IMG/VR virus record: IMGVR_UViG_3300027143_000001
Location: 45,119-109,118 of that record
DNA: 64,000 bases
Direction: 5' to 3' (one strand)
From: a virus
Translations under genes and position numbers: made by a program
The notes under the pieces: generated by a model
Database searches by the model: none
Seen by the model: the letters and a program-made list of their open reading frames with translations, nothing else
What the model was told of the DNA's origin: nothing
Shown here: positions 30,459 through 40,420 of the stretch, one piece after another
How the letters are laid out: every line of letters begins with the position of its first letter
How positions within the stretch are numbered: the stretch's first letter is position 1

Positions 30459-33400
30459 CGTGGACTATTCAAATGCTTGGTTAAACCTACTTTCAAGATC
30501 ATCTTCTTATCTGTAGAAGCAGTCTTACGCAAGATGACTCTGTTACCATAGTGACGGAACTTCTTACGCTGAAGAGCAGGCTTGTCATAATTAATATACT
30601 GAGGATTTACTGTACGTTGGTAACCATTACAATTGGTAATCCACATTGGTGTCTGGTCAAAGCTAAATTCACCGCGGTCGTTAGTGTTGTCCCAGAACTG
30701 ATTGAAGCGATACTTGTTCTCTTCCTTAGCCACCATGATCTGCATGTTGTACTGTGTAATCACGGGTTGCGCCACCAATGCAAACGGATCATTCTTAGGC
30801 TTGGTGTTCAGCTTTAGAATACCTGAATGCTGTTCTGAATTATAGATGATTGCGGTATCAAAGTTCTCATCCAACACGTGGTTGTAATCAACACCATTGT
30901 TATAATATTTGTACGCCTCCATCCAGTACTCCACACTTCTAAGGGTTGTTACACCGGTGGTGTTGACTACAGGAAACTCAATCTCCCATCCTTTTTGCTC
31001 ACCATAGTACTCAGTAAACAGGTCCCACTTAGTGTTGTGTTTCCAGATACCAGAACCCTTCACTGTAAAGAAATGCTCATATGCGGGCATGTTCAGGTCT
31101 GGTGCCCAGCTGTGAAAACTGATCCACTGCTTGCTCTTTGGGTCATAAGACACCGTCCAATTACAAGGCTCAAAACAGTTAGGGTCATCAAACTTACAGG
31201 GGCATGTTTTGTTAATTGGATCGCGCGGGCGAGGTGTAAGAGTTACAGTACATGTACTTGTACTACCCTTTCCATCATCCAGTAGCAATGTGTATATAAC
31301 CTGGTCTCCCACAGGAACTACCACTGCGCTTCCATCTACGGGTACTGAAAATGATTCTACAAGGTTCAATGATACGTAGTTTACCTCAAGCGTTGCGTTC
31401 ACAGCGCTTATAGTTGTCCAATATAACAGTACTTGTTCTCCTTCTGTAAACACGTTAGTGTTTGCTTCAAAATTACACCCTATGCCTGGAATGCATACTG
31501 ATGCCGAAACAGCATCTACAACAGATTGCACAGAGGCAGGGCTTGACGCATTTACTGCATATTGATAAGATCCTATTCCGTTGGTAGGTCCGTTAAAACA
31601 TGATATTTTTCCCAAAGTTTCTTCTACGTTTGCTGGAACTGACGCAGTTGGTCCTGCATAAATTCCATATACAAACTGGTTGTCAGGACCCGATGCTGAA
31701 CCACCCAGTGTAGCAGACTGAAGAAAGCACAAATCGTCAGAAAGACCTGACTGCTGAGCAGTAGATTGGCTATCCGTTATGACTAATAATATTTGCCTAA
31801 AGGCAGAACTGGCAGAGCGGTCTCCAAGCTGAGAAGAAGTTTTGTTATTCAAAACATCCCTTCCCTCCAAAGCGCCATTTCTAATGTGTGTTCCATTACA
31901 ATACCAGTTATCAATAAGCCATGTTTCAACTTCGGCACCTGTAATGGTATTACTCATAGAAAATCCATTAGGTGTCATGGAGACCTGATCGTTTTGACCC
32001 GACCAGGATACAATACCTACCTGGATGTTACCTTCCTGCATAGACTGAAGAATCGCAGGGGATTCCAAAAACTGCCTTATAAAAGATATCTCAGCTAATG
32101 CAACTGAACCAACGGGGATGTTAGAAACACATCCTGTACTACCTGAACTGTCCACAGCAATCACAATGTCAATCAAGCAGGATGCACTAGGTTGTGGTAG
32201 TCCTACAATGGCGTCAACCACAGGATCCACAGGAGTAATAGGCGGAGGTGGCGTCTGGCCACAGATATAGTAAGGCACACCGGTAGGACTGTCAAAGTAC
32301 AAGTCACGGCGCTTAGGGATATAGTCCTTCTTAGAGAAATACAACAGTTCATACTGCTGATCATACATTGTCTGGCAACCAATACCTGCTACAGGATTAT
32401 CGTATAGTGGAAAGTCAGGATACGCTTCCAGTAACTTAGACGGCAGATGCTCATTGAACCAGAACTTCAGACCGTCACGGCTAATCTCTGTTACTCCTCC
32501 ACCACCGTACTGCATAATTTTACCTGTCTTCTGAGACATAAAGAACAAACCAAATGGTGTGTTCACCGCAGAACGGGATGATATACATGATGCATAATCT
32601 AGGGCGTCGTCTGCATTGACAACGCTTTGCATATTCTGCTGGAACAATCCGCCATCTCCAATGGTGATTTTTACGTCACCTTTGGTCTGCAATGTATCAA
32701 CACCAACAAATTGTACAGGTTCAGCATCCTCAAACAGGATAACTGCTCCCTGTGCATTCAGACTTTTGATAGTTGATATCTTGCCACTAAAGTCTTTATA
32801 ATTCAACGGGAGGTAGTTCCTCCAGTTGTCTCGCTTCATTCCTGAACGCTGTGGTAAACTATAGACAGCCCTGTTTGGGAAATACTCAAAACATGAGGAA
32901 TACAAAGCGGGGTCATAGTCCCGTGGTAGGACAGATCCCCAGCTTGCAGTGTTGTTGAAGAGTTTGCTGGCAGATAATGAAGTGTCGTATTTGGCATAGA
33001 TTGGTGTTTTGATCATGTCTGTGCGGAACATGGTACTCAGGTCATTAAATGAGTTTCCATATACGTCATAGAACTTTTCACGGTCATCTTCTCCATAGTC
33101 ACGGTAAGCCATGTTTAGCTCACTTTCACAGAAGAAATCACGTACCCCATTGTAAAACAGGTATGCCCAAACATTTCTCAACAAGAAAGTGCCTGTATTA
33201 TTACCTCTGTCAAAGCGGTGAAAATCAGATGGCGTGTTGAAGTTAATACCAGTTGGCTTATTGATGTCAATTCCAAGAAATGATACTGTCTCTGTTTCTA
33301 CGGTAACACCAAAATCAGTAACGTCGTACTTACTCAGGTTAGCCCAATAGCGAGGACAAGGTCCGTTGACATAAATACGATAGTCCATCTCTGCACCATC

Positions 33401-36187
33401 TGGCTCATTGAACATCCAGTTATTGAAAAAGTAGAATGGATTCTTTTCTGTAAAACGATTGATGTACACATCTCCACCAAAAATTGTGTCTGTGGTAGTT
33501 GTTATGCTAATATCAGGCGTTGACGGATACACACAGGAATTTACAGGAATCTGTACAATACTTTCCAGCAATCCATACTGGTTCTGAAAGTCTAATTTAA
33601 TAGCACCATAGTATGCGGTGGTATTACTGTTGAACGCACCAAAAGGAGTTTTGTGGTTTACTCCACCTCCTACATCGCGCACGCGCTTACGTGAATTGTC
33701 TGTAGAGCTTTGAGGATCCGGAACATTGCTGGTAAGTTTGATACCTACAAACTTGTTGCGGTTATTGTTGTTAATGCGGTATGTTGCGTCAAAATCCTGC
33801 AGGGCTCCGCCTACATATTTGGCACCATTATCTGATACCAGCCTGCTAAATGACGGAGCACTTGACCCTGTCGCGGAATTGGTGACATTGCTAAAGCTGT
33901 GATAGAAACCGTGGGAATTGTATTGCAACATGTAGTCGCGGTAACGACCCATGGCAAATATAGCTCTCAACACCTGGTCAATGGCCATACTTCCAAAATA
34001 AGTCATCTGAGCAACCATTAAAGCTACGCCGGCTGCAGTTGCCGCAATAGAACCCTGAGCACCAGTACTGGCAGCCTGTAGACCTGCTGTGGCAATTAAA
34101 TCAGGTATAGCGGAAGCCTGACCAGACTCTTTTGCACCATACGCTACCACAAATCCACCAAGTGCGGCACCCACTTCATTACCACCAGTTACAGTAGTAC
34201 TGCCTAAACCAATAACTGCTGCAAGACCCAGACCTACAACAATGGCTGCACCAAATGCACCGTCTGTAAGCAATTTGTGTTTGGGATGCTTATGAGGGAC
34301 CTGGAAACTACCAGTCACCGTGCCGCGTTCTTCTGTATAAATCTTGATATGGTTGCCACCCAGGTAAGGGCGAATGAACGCGGTCTCTGGAGAGTGGAAT
34401 GAAAAGTAGTTCTTCTTGTATGTGCTTAGCTTGCTGGCGCTTTCCGCCTCTTCTGAACCACCTGTATCAAGCGCGGTAAAGTCAGGTGTCAAAAATGGAT
34501 CAGGGCGCAAGTCATTGTAAGGATAGTTTTGATACAATCCTTTTCTGGTAGTGCTGCTTCCGGCCTGTGGAGTATACTCCCACATGTTGTTGAACATCCC
34601 CTTAGCAACAATGGAACGGTTGCCCTCACGTGAACCTCTTAGGATCTCATAGCCCACAATGTCAGCAAGAGGATTGCCGTTTTCATCAACAGGATGGGAT
34701 ATGTTTGCAAACTCAACACCAAGCACGTATATCTTATCACCGCCTTGGCTGTGTATATGCATTGTCTCATTGGACGGCATTTTATGGTGACGTATGGGTT
34801 TGCCACAAAGGTCTCCCCATATTTCAGGTTTATCATCAGGATATGTGTTTACACTCTCCCAGTAACCCATTTTACCCTTGAACACAACAGCTCCACCATC
34901 GCGAGTTTCCCCGACAGAAGGTGTCTTAGTTGATGTGTCATACACCTGCCAGCGTTTATTCTGACCAGCATAGACCACATCGCCTGAAGATATTATATCA
35001 ACATCATTAGCATTTGAAGCCCTGCCTGGTATATGAAACGATGCACTGCGTGCCCCAGTCTGATATACCCAGCGAATGAAGAAGGAATACACCTCATCAC
35101 GCATGTAACCCAGCGATGTACCTGCTCCCCAGTAGTAATCAGCTGCATATTCTGCAGCTACCCATTTAGTAGTAATCTGGTTAGCCAGGGGTTGATAGTT
35201 AAAGTATGGTTGAGTAGTTACGCCTGTACGAATGAGGTAATCTCCAACCTTGTGGATCTTGTCACTCTTTTCATAGACAACGTTTCTCAATGGTAATACG
35301 TTGATGGGAACGGTTTCAAGTGCAGAGCTGTAGTTGTCTAATGTTACCTTGTTCTGACGTATAGGAAAGTTGCCAATTTTTTTAGCAACCGGATTCTGCT
35401 TTGTCACAGATACAATTACCAACTCATATTCTTCAAAGCTCTGATCCAGGTTGGAAAGTTCAATATCCAAAGATCCACCCAATCCTTCATGATCCCATAG
35501 ACCTACAGGTGTGCTAGGCATTGAGTAGTCTGTAAGGCGTATGCCATTCTCAGAATAGGCAACACATGCCATGTAGCTCCCGTTATTGAGCTGACCTCCT
35601 CCAGGTGCACGTCTTACATTTACACATGGCTGGTCAACTATAGGGTGCAAACGAATAGCGTCGCAGTCAAGCTGCGTAGTATATTCAGGAATAAAGCAAT
35701 CAGGATCTTCAGAAAGGTTGTTGCCTGTAGTCTTGTATGGAATTCTATCCACGTTGAGCATGCGGTCAGGGTTAAGACCGTCCTGGAAGTACACGCTATG
35801 GGTGCAGTCATAGTTCTCTTTGCAGACACCTGTGATCAGATTAGTTTGCTTAAAACCCAAGCAATTGTCATTGACCAGCATCTGGTAAGTTTCAAGTTGC
35901 TCATCAAATACACCAATCTCTGATTGATAGTTGTTGGTAGAAAATATCAGCCATTCGCGTCCTGACTTGTGTACAGCACCAATGATTGTATAAGGCGCGT
36001 TAGATGCATTGTAGTTTGCAGGCTCATTAGAAACGGTACCCTGCTCACCAAGATGCGAATTGTTGATTGCGTTGATAGCATGTGTCCACGCCTGGTCATT
36101 CATGTAGATGTCAGCGACATCTTTATTCATGCCTTTTACAAACGAGTTCGCCTTGATTCCTGATGTATTGGGTGTAGTCTGTGCCAT
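30455..36187 (-). CDS. Tail stabilisation/muzzle-type protein (1910 aa) with inserted vWA and Ig/PKD-like domains
   Basis: N-terminal NSFVKGMNKD and C-terminal WTVSYDPKSKQWISFHSW segments recalled from crAss-like tail proteins; position after ring-protein genes; DIVIAVDSSGS MIDAS motif at 32138-32170. Confidence 0.7.
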   Translation of the reverse strand: MAQTTPNTSGIKANSFVKGMNKDVADIYMNDQAWTHAINAINNSHLGEQGTVSNEPANYNASNAPYTIIGAVHKSGREWLIFSTNNYQSEIGVFDEQLETYQMLVNDNCLGFKQTNLITGVCKENYDCTHSVYFQDGLNPDRMLNVDRIPYKTTGNNLSEDPDCFIPEYTTQLDCDAIRLHPIVDQPCVNVRRAPGGGQLNNGSYMACVAYSENGIRLTDYSMPSTPVGLWDHEGLGGSLDIELSNLDQSFEEYELVIVSVTKQNPVAKKIGNFPIRQNKVTLDNYSSALETVPINVLPLRNVVYEKSDKIHKVGDYLIRTGVTTQPYFNYQPLANQITTKWVAAEYAADYYWGAGTSLGYMRDEVYSFFIRWVYQTGARSASFHIPGRASNANDVDIISSGDVVYAGQNKRWQVYDTSTKTPSVGETRDGGAVVFKGKMGYWESVNTYPDDKPEIWGDLCGKPIRHHKMPSNETMHIHSQGGDKIYVLGVEFANISHPVDENGNPLADIVGYEILRGSREGNRSIVAKGMFNNMWEYTPQAGSSTTRKGLYQNYPYNDLRPDPFLTPDFTALDTGGSEEAESASKLSTYKKNYFSFHSPETAFIRPYLGGNHIKIYTEERGTVTGSFQVPHKHPKHKLLTDGAFGAAIVVGLGLAAVIGLGSTTVTGGNEVGAALGGFVVAYGAKESGQASAIPDLIATAGLQAASTGAQGSIAATAAGVALMVAQMTYFGSMAIDQVLRAIFAMGRYRDYMLQYNSHGFYHSFSNVTNSATGSSAPSFSRLVSDNGAKYVGGALQDFDATYRINNNNRNKFVGIKLTSNVPDPQSSTDNSRKRVRDVGGGVNHKTPFGAFNSNTTAYYGAIKLDFQNQYGLLESIVQIPVNSCVYPSTPDISITTTTDTIFGGDVYINRFTEKNPFYFFNNWMFNEPDGAEMDYRIYVNGPCPRYWANLSKYDVTDFGVTVETETVSFLGIDINKPTGINFNTPSDFHRFDRGNNTGTFLLRNVWAYLFYNGVRDFFCESELNMAYRDYGEDDREKFYDVYGNSFNDLSTMFRTDMIKTPIYAKYDTSLSASKLFNNTASWGSVLPRDYDPALYSSCFEYFPNRAVYSLPQRSGMKRDNWRNYLPLNYKDFSGKISTIKSLNAQGAVILFEDAEPVQFVGVDTLQTKGDVKITIGDGGLFQQNMQSVVNADDALDYASCISSRSAVNTPFGLFFMSQKTGKIMQYGGGGVTEISRDGLKFWFNEHLPSKLLEAYPDFPLYDNPVAGIGCQTMYDQQYELLYFSKKDYIPKRRDLYFDSPTGVPYYICGQTPPPPITPVDPVVDAIVGLPQPSASCLIDIVIAVDSSGSTGCVSNIPVGSVALAEISFIRQFLESPAILQSMQEGNIQVGIVSWSGQNDQVSMTPNGFSMSNTITGAEVETWLIDNWYCNGTHIRNGALEGRDVLNNKTSSQLGDRSASSAFRQILLVITDSQSTAQQSGLSDDLCFLQSATLGGSASGPDNQFVYGIYAGPTASVPANVEETLGKISCFNGPTNGIGSYQYAVNASSPASVQSVVDAVSASVCIPGIGCNFEANTNVFTEGEQVLLYWTTISAVNATLEVNYVSLNLVESFSVPVDGSAVVVPVGDQVIYTLLLDDGKGSTSTCTVTLTPRPRDPINKTCPCKFDDPNCFEPCNWTVSYDPKSKQWISFHSWAPDLNMPAYEHFFTVKGSGIWKHNTKWDLFTEYYGEQKGWEIEFPVVNTTGVTTLRSVEYWMEAYKYYNNGVDYNHVLDENFDTAIIYNSEQHSGILKLNTKPKNDPFALVAQPVITQYNMQIMVAKEENKYRFNQFWDNTNDRGEFSFDQTPMWITNCNGYQRTVNPQYINYDKPALQRKKFRHYGNRVILRKTASTDKKMILKVGLTKHLNSPR

Positions 36188-36190
36188 TGG

Positions 36191-36541
36191 TTATCTGATC
36201 GCAAAGTTTTTCTTATTGAGTGCTTTATACACGTTCTCCGTCAGGTGACCATTCAGCCATGCCTGGGATTCTTCGTCTATAATATCTATGTCTGTAGTGA
36301 TGGCCATTGTCAGGTGAAAGATTTCATGAGCCAGCAGATTGTGCGTAAGCGAATCTTCTTTCAGTGCAATAATGTACTCTGAGTTGCCCCAGTTAAACAC
36401 CACGCCATATGTATCCAACACATCCACATTAGCCTTTTTTTTCTTCATCACATGTTGCTGCAACTCTTCCATAGTAGAGGTTACAATCAGGATCACCTTG
36501 CACTCATACAAAGGAACCTTGATAGTTGTCTTAGACATCAT
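36191..36541 (-). CDS. Small zincin-like protein (HEIFH)
   Basis: LAHEIFHL...DEESQAWL: HExxH plus a downstream Glu; overlaps the stop of the upstream gene. Confidence 0.6.
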   Translation of the reverse strand: MMSKTTIKVPLYECKVILIVTSTMEELQQHVMKKKKANVDVLDTYGVVFNWGNSEYIIALKEDSLTHNLLAHEIFHLTMAITTDIDIIDEESQAWLNGHLTENVYKALNKKNFAIR

Positions 36542-37652
36542 GGCTTTTAAACATGTTATAGTATTTGTGATACTGTGCTTTACGGTTCATCTCCCATGTG
36601 CGCTGCATTTCGCGGAAGTTTGGCGTATTCACAAAAGATATTGCGTTGTTACGTGCACCACGAAGTCTCTGTTCAATCAGCTGGATAAATCCGCTGACGT
36701 TCTCACCGCTCATAAACAGGTTCTCATAGATGCGCTGTTTAATAGCGTACTCATAGAACTCGTTGACCAGCGGATGGTCCATAACAAGCAGGTTACCCTG
36801 GTCGTCTTCCATCAGGCTTTGGTAGTTAATGAATACTACGCCTTCATCAAAGTTGGTCACCAGGAATCCGTTCTTGATATGACCTGCAAATACAGCACGG
36901 CTTTGTAAGTTGAGACAGTCCGCACTAACACTTTTGCTTTTGTCAATACGCATTTGTATCAGCTTCTTTGACTCATACTTGCGACCCATGTTGTTATAGA
37001 TCACCTTGGGTATGTGGTAGAAAGGATCATTGACCACTTCTGCAGGACAACCTCCGGGCTGTATCTGCGTAACGGTGTTTGTAGGCGTATCAGGTACACC
37101 TACAATTACAAACTTAATAGTGTTCTGCAGGGGTGCTGAAGAAATGATCTGTACCGTATTTGGTGTATTGGGATCTACCTCAAAACTCAGCATGGTGCCA
37201 TCCGGAGCAAATGCTTCAATGACCAGATTCTGTGTGTTAAGGTTATGGGTAATAGTGGTCGTACCTGTAGGTACATCAATGGTTGTTACAAAATGACCCA
37301 GGCTGTTTTGCAGGTAGTATTGCTGAGCCAGGTAAATACCTTCCAGTACGCCTTCTGTCTTTCCTTCCACATAAGTCTTATCGTCCTCTGGAGGATATGC
37401 ATAGTGATCTTCACAGATCATGGCAAAGTTTAGTACATAGAAATCAGGTGGTAATTTAGCCTTACCATTGTGCACTTCTAATGCTTTACTGCGTGATGGA
37501 TTTACTTTTAGTCCCAGCTCATAGCTTACACGCTGCGCCACTTTGATCAGTTGCTGGGGATCTATCATCCCTTCCAGGTCATAGCTTTTCAAATCCAGCT
37601 TTATACTGTCAAGAAGTTCGTCAAAGGTTCTGTATTGTGTTTCAGTCAGCAT
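36531..37652 (-). CDS. Tail ring/adaptor-like protein (373 aa) with an internal beta-rich insertion
   Basis: KAKLPPDFY and GVVFINYQSLMEDDQGNLLVMDHP segments typical of crAss-like ring proteins; insert TTTITHNLNTQNLVIEAF. Confidence 0.55.
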   Translation of the reverse strand: MLTETQYRTFDELLDSIKLDLKSYDLEGMIDPQQLIKVAQRVSYELGLKVNPSRSKALEVHNGKAKLPPDFYVLNFAMICEDHYAYPPEDDKTYVEGKTEGVLEGIYLAQQYYLQNSLGHFVTTIDVPTGTTTITHNLNTQNLVIEAFAPDGTMLSFEVDPNTPNTVQIISSAPLQNTIKFVIVGVPDTPTNTVTQIQPGGCPAEVVNDPFYHIPKVIYNNMGRKYESKKLIQMRIDKSKSVSADCLNLQSRAVFAGHIKNGFLVTNFDEGVVFINYQSLMEDDQGNLLVMDHPLVNEFYEYAIKQRIYENLFMSGENVSGFIQLIEQRLRGARNNAISFVNTPNFREMQRTWEMNRKAQYHKYYNMFKSHDV

Positions 37653-37662
37653 GGATCAGGAA

Positions 37663-38337
37663 TTAAGGGCGTTCTATGTGTTTGTTGTCACTGGCAGCGT
37701 CCTGTGGGATCTGCAACAGCATCATCATGTCTTTGGCCACAAGCTGTTCAATTTCTGCAAACAGGAACTCAGGCACATGCATTTCTTTATCTTGTATGTA
37801 CTGGCAGTTGTCAGCAGGGTCACAGTTGTAGTGAGACACGTCTCCCTCAAACACACCTTCCACGCGAACAGCGTCCCAGTCCATGTTAGGGAAGTACAGG
37901 TACCCGTTAAGGAACCAGTAGTATTTTTTCTTGTTGTACTTGAAGTTCTTCTGGCGGCTCATTTGTTCAAAGCTTACCGGGTAAGTAGGCTGCAAATCTT
38001 CTGAGAGGTCAATTGAAGTAATACTTCTGATAAGCGGACCCCAGTAGCCTTCCATAGTAGCAGGAAGTTTCTCTTTGCTGCGCTTAAAGTAGCAGCCGGT
38101 ATCAACACCGCGACAGCCTGCTTGAGCTCTGTCTACGTCAATAAGCTCTACAAAGTCCAGCGTCTGAAAGATGCTGTTAAACTTCATGAGCTTGTTCAGG
38201 TTATCCTGGCGACGCATCAGCAATTTAGCATGCTTCATCACCATGGAGTAGATAAAGCGGTCCGTCATAAAGGCGTCCTGTCTGGTAGCCTTATACTGGT
38301 TACGCACGCGGGATATTACTTCTCCAATGGTTATCAT
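37663..38337 (-). CDS. Tail ring-like structural protein (224 aa)
   Basis: Synteny; YYWFLNGYLYF...VRVEGVFE pattern recalled from crAss-like ring proteins. Confidence 0.55.
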   Translation of the reverse strand: MITIGEVISRVRNQYKATRQDAFMTDRFIYSMVMKHAKLLMRRQDNLNKLMKFNSIFQTLDFVELIDVDRAQAGCRGVDTGCYFKRSKEKLPATMEGYWGPLIRSITSIDLSEDLQPTYPVSFEQMSRQKNFKYNKKKYYWFLNGYLYFPNMDWDAVRVEGVFEGDVSHYNCDPADNCQYIQDKEMHVPEFLFAEIEQLVAKDMMMLLQIPQDAASDNKHIERP

Positions 38338-38915
38338 AGGTCAAATTCGTTGTAGTTCTCAAGGGTTATGGCGTCCTGTTTGGTCTGCTCCATCGCCTTG
38401 ATATTATCGCGGTAGACATAGCTGATCTTCTTGTGAGGGTCAACCATAACATACCGTTTCCAGTACTCAGGATAGGTGCGTCCGACTTCACGCTTGAACG
38501 CGCGTGTGGGATTGAATGCCCAAAGTTCATGGTGCTTGAAGCGGTACTTGCTGCCGAATGTCGTATAGAAGATCTTGGCCAGGTAGTTATCACTCTCCCA
38601 GTTGCGGTGTTGGACAACCTTGCGGAAGTCTGCGCTTAGCTTGAAGTCCACATTTTTAGACTTCTTGGGCGGACATGTTCCTATGAAGATGTGGCCCAGC
38701 TGGTTGGGTAGCTCAACCCCGTCACGTACATCAATGGCCGTTTGCCATACAATACCGTTGAAGGTTTTGATTACCTCTTTGATCTCCTTGTCATTCAGCA
38801 CATTACAGCCTGGGACCTTTTCCCGTAGCTGCTCAATAAATGCCGCGTTCAACATTCCAGACGCACACTTCCTGTAACGGGGTGCGTGCAAATCTGGTTT
38901 CTTTGCTGCTTTCAT
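38334..38915 (-). CDS. HU/IHF-like DNA-binding protein (193 aa)
   Basis: IKEVIKTFNGIVWQTAIDVRDGVELPNQLGHIFIG resembles the HU helix-to-beta-arm transition; basic; IHF-like genes are known in crAss-like structural modules. Confidence 0.55.
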   Translation of the reverse strand: MKAAKKPDLHAPRYRKCASGMLNAAFIEQLREKVPGCNVLNDKEIKEVIKTFNGIVWQTAIDVRDGVELPNQLGHIFIGTCPPKKSKNVDFKLSADFRKVVQHRNWESDNYLAKIFYTTFGSKYRFKHHELWAFNPTRAFKREVGRTYPEYWKRYVMVDPHKKISYVYRDNIKAMEQTKQDAITLENYNEFDL

Positions 38916-38920
38916 ATTCC

Positions 38921-38940
38921 CTACACTAAGAATTTACAAA
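38921..38940 (-). promoter_or_regulatory. Phage-specific repeated promoter-like motif, copy 2
   Basis: TTTGTAAATTCTTAGTGTAG upstream of the 38915 start. Confidence 0.6.
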
Positions 38941-38964
38941 AAAATGAGTAGATATTAAAGAGAA

Positions 38965-40278
38965 TCAGAGAGTATATACAAACTCACTGATCAATCCTTT
39001 GTGCTCGTCATGCAGGTGCAGGATTGCACTGCGCTTGTTGCCCACGTACTTGTTGTGGTAATGGTAGTAGTCTGAGCTGGTCAGCGCGGGAATGATGCGG
39101 GTCACAAACCCGTGCTCTTCATTCTCTGTGACAAACTCCTTGGTCTTGCGCCCGTGGTAGTGACCGGTGTACAGCATGCGGTGCTGGCACATGCCCCATT
39201 GCTCAGGAAACTCTACGGCAAACACCAGGGGATTGTTTTTGGCAGATACATCACCGTGTTCAAAACACAGCATGTTCTCTCCATACTTGAGCACTTTACG
39301 CTCTGCATATTCAATGTTGAAACTAACGGTAGACCATTCCCTGAATACCTGCTTAACAGCATGCAACAGGTGAAAGGAGCTCAGACGGTCATGATTACCT
39401 GGTACAAATACCACTTCCACGTTTTGTGCAAAGTGTGACAGGGTTGTCACGGCTTGACAGATTGCGTCAAATGCCTTCAGGTATGTATCGGTAGCGCTTT
39501 CAGAATTTTCCACCGGCGTACCCTTGGTGGTGGTTCCCCCAAAGGTATCCATATTCAGTGTATCTGGACCAATAACCAGTACAACTTTTTCCAGGAAGTA
39601 GTTCTTGTGTGCTTTGTCTATGAGATACTTGACGGCATCGTTCATGATCACACCCATATCTTCATTGCCTGTCTTACCAAAGTGCAGGTCCTGTAAAGAA
39701 AAAACCCCGCAAACCTTTTCCTGTGCTGTAACGTTAAGGAAGTAGGATTCGGGGGCGGGCATGGCAGGCAGGTCGTAGTTTTCCAGCAGTTCCAGAAACG
39801 AACTTTGCAATTGCTCTGCTTCTGGTTTCTTGCTGACAAGTGCTGAGATTTCCCAGCGGTCACTCTTTTCCTTGTTCCAATACTGCGATAGTTTCCACTT
39901 GCTGGTATCAATCTGCAGGATGCGGATAATCTCCTCAGCTGTCTTGGGTTCTGTAGTTGCAATACCTGTGATCTTACTGGTACCGCTTTCCAAGTCTTCA
40001 TGTATACTTACGCGTTTGCCTGTTTCTTCAGGCGTCTCCACCGTCTCCAGTGCAGATAAGATTTCTTCATCAGTTTTGCGGTAGCCTTTCTTACTCAGTT
40101 CTTTTTCTACCAGTTCAATGACCACGTTGTCAATGGTGTCACCCACGCGGGCAACTACTTCCATGACTTTGTCTTTGATCTTGAGGTAATGAGAAGTGGG
40201 GATACCTAGTCTGGCCGCCTCAGCTTCCGCTGATTTTTTGCGCTTCAGACTGTGATAGACAGCTGAAATAATGGTCAT
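38965..40278 (-). CDS. Calcineurin-like metallophosphoesterase with N-terminal extension (437 aa)
   Basis: Motifs in order: QDLHFG, IGPD, PGNHD, FEHGD, TGHYH. Confidence 0.85.
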   Translation of the reverse strand: MTIISAVYHSLKRKKSAEAEAARLGIPTSHYLKIKDKVMEVVARVGDTIDNVVIELVEKELSKKGYRKTDEEILSALETVETPEETGKRVSIHEDLESGTSKITGIATTEPKTAEEIIRILQIDTSKWKLSQYWNKEKSDRWEISALVSKKPEAEQLQSSFLELLENYDLPAMPAPESYFLNVTAQEKVCGVFSLQDLHFGKTGNEDMGVIMNDAVKYLIDKAHKNYFLEKVVLVIGPDTLNMDTFGGTTTKGTPVENSESATDTYLKAFDAICQAVTTLSHFAQNVEVVFVPGNHDRLSSFHLLHAVKQVFREWSTVSFNIEYAERKVLKYGENMLCFEHGDVSAKNNPLVFAVEFPEQWGMCQHRMLYTGHYHGRKTKEFVTENEEHGFVTRIIPALTSSDYYHYHNKYVGNKRSAILHLHDEHKGLISEFVYTL

Positions 40279-40308
40279 AGGGTCTTAGAGGATATTGGGC
40301 TTATGTTA

Positions 40309-40341
40309 CAAATGTATATACAAAACTCGTTGGTTTACAAA
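40309..40341 (-). promoter_or_regulatory. Bacteroidota sigma70-type promoter for the phosphoesterase gene
   Basis: Minus strand TTTG (40341-40338), 21-nt spacer, TACATTTG (40316-40309). Confidence 0.75.
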
Positions 40342-40350
40342 TGTTTGTGC

Positions 40351-40382
40351 AAAAAAGAACCCCCGGTTACCCAGGGGCACTC
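40351..40382 (-). terminator. Intrinsic terminator after the fibre gene block
   Basis: Minus strand GAGTGCCCCTGG-GTAA-CCGGGGGTTC followed by T6. Confidence 0.8.
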
Positions 40383-40420
40383 CCATTCGTCAGGAAAACC
40401 AACAAACCTGATTCATGTTA

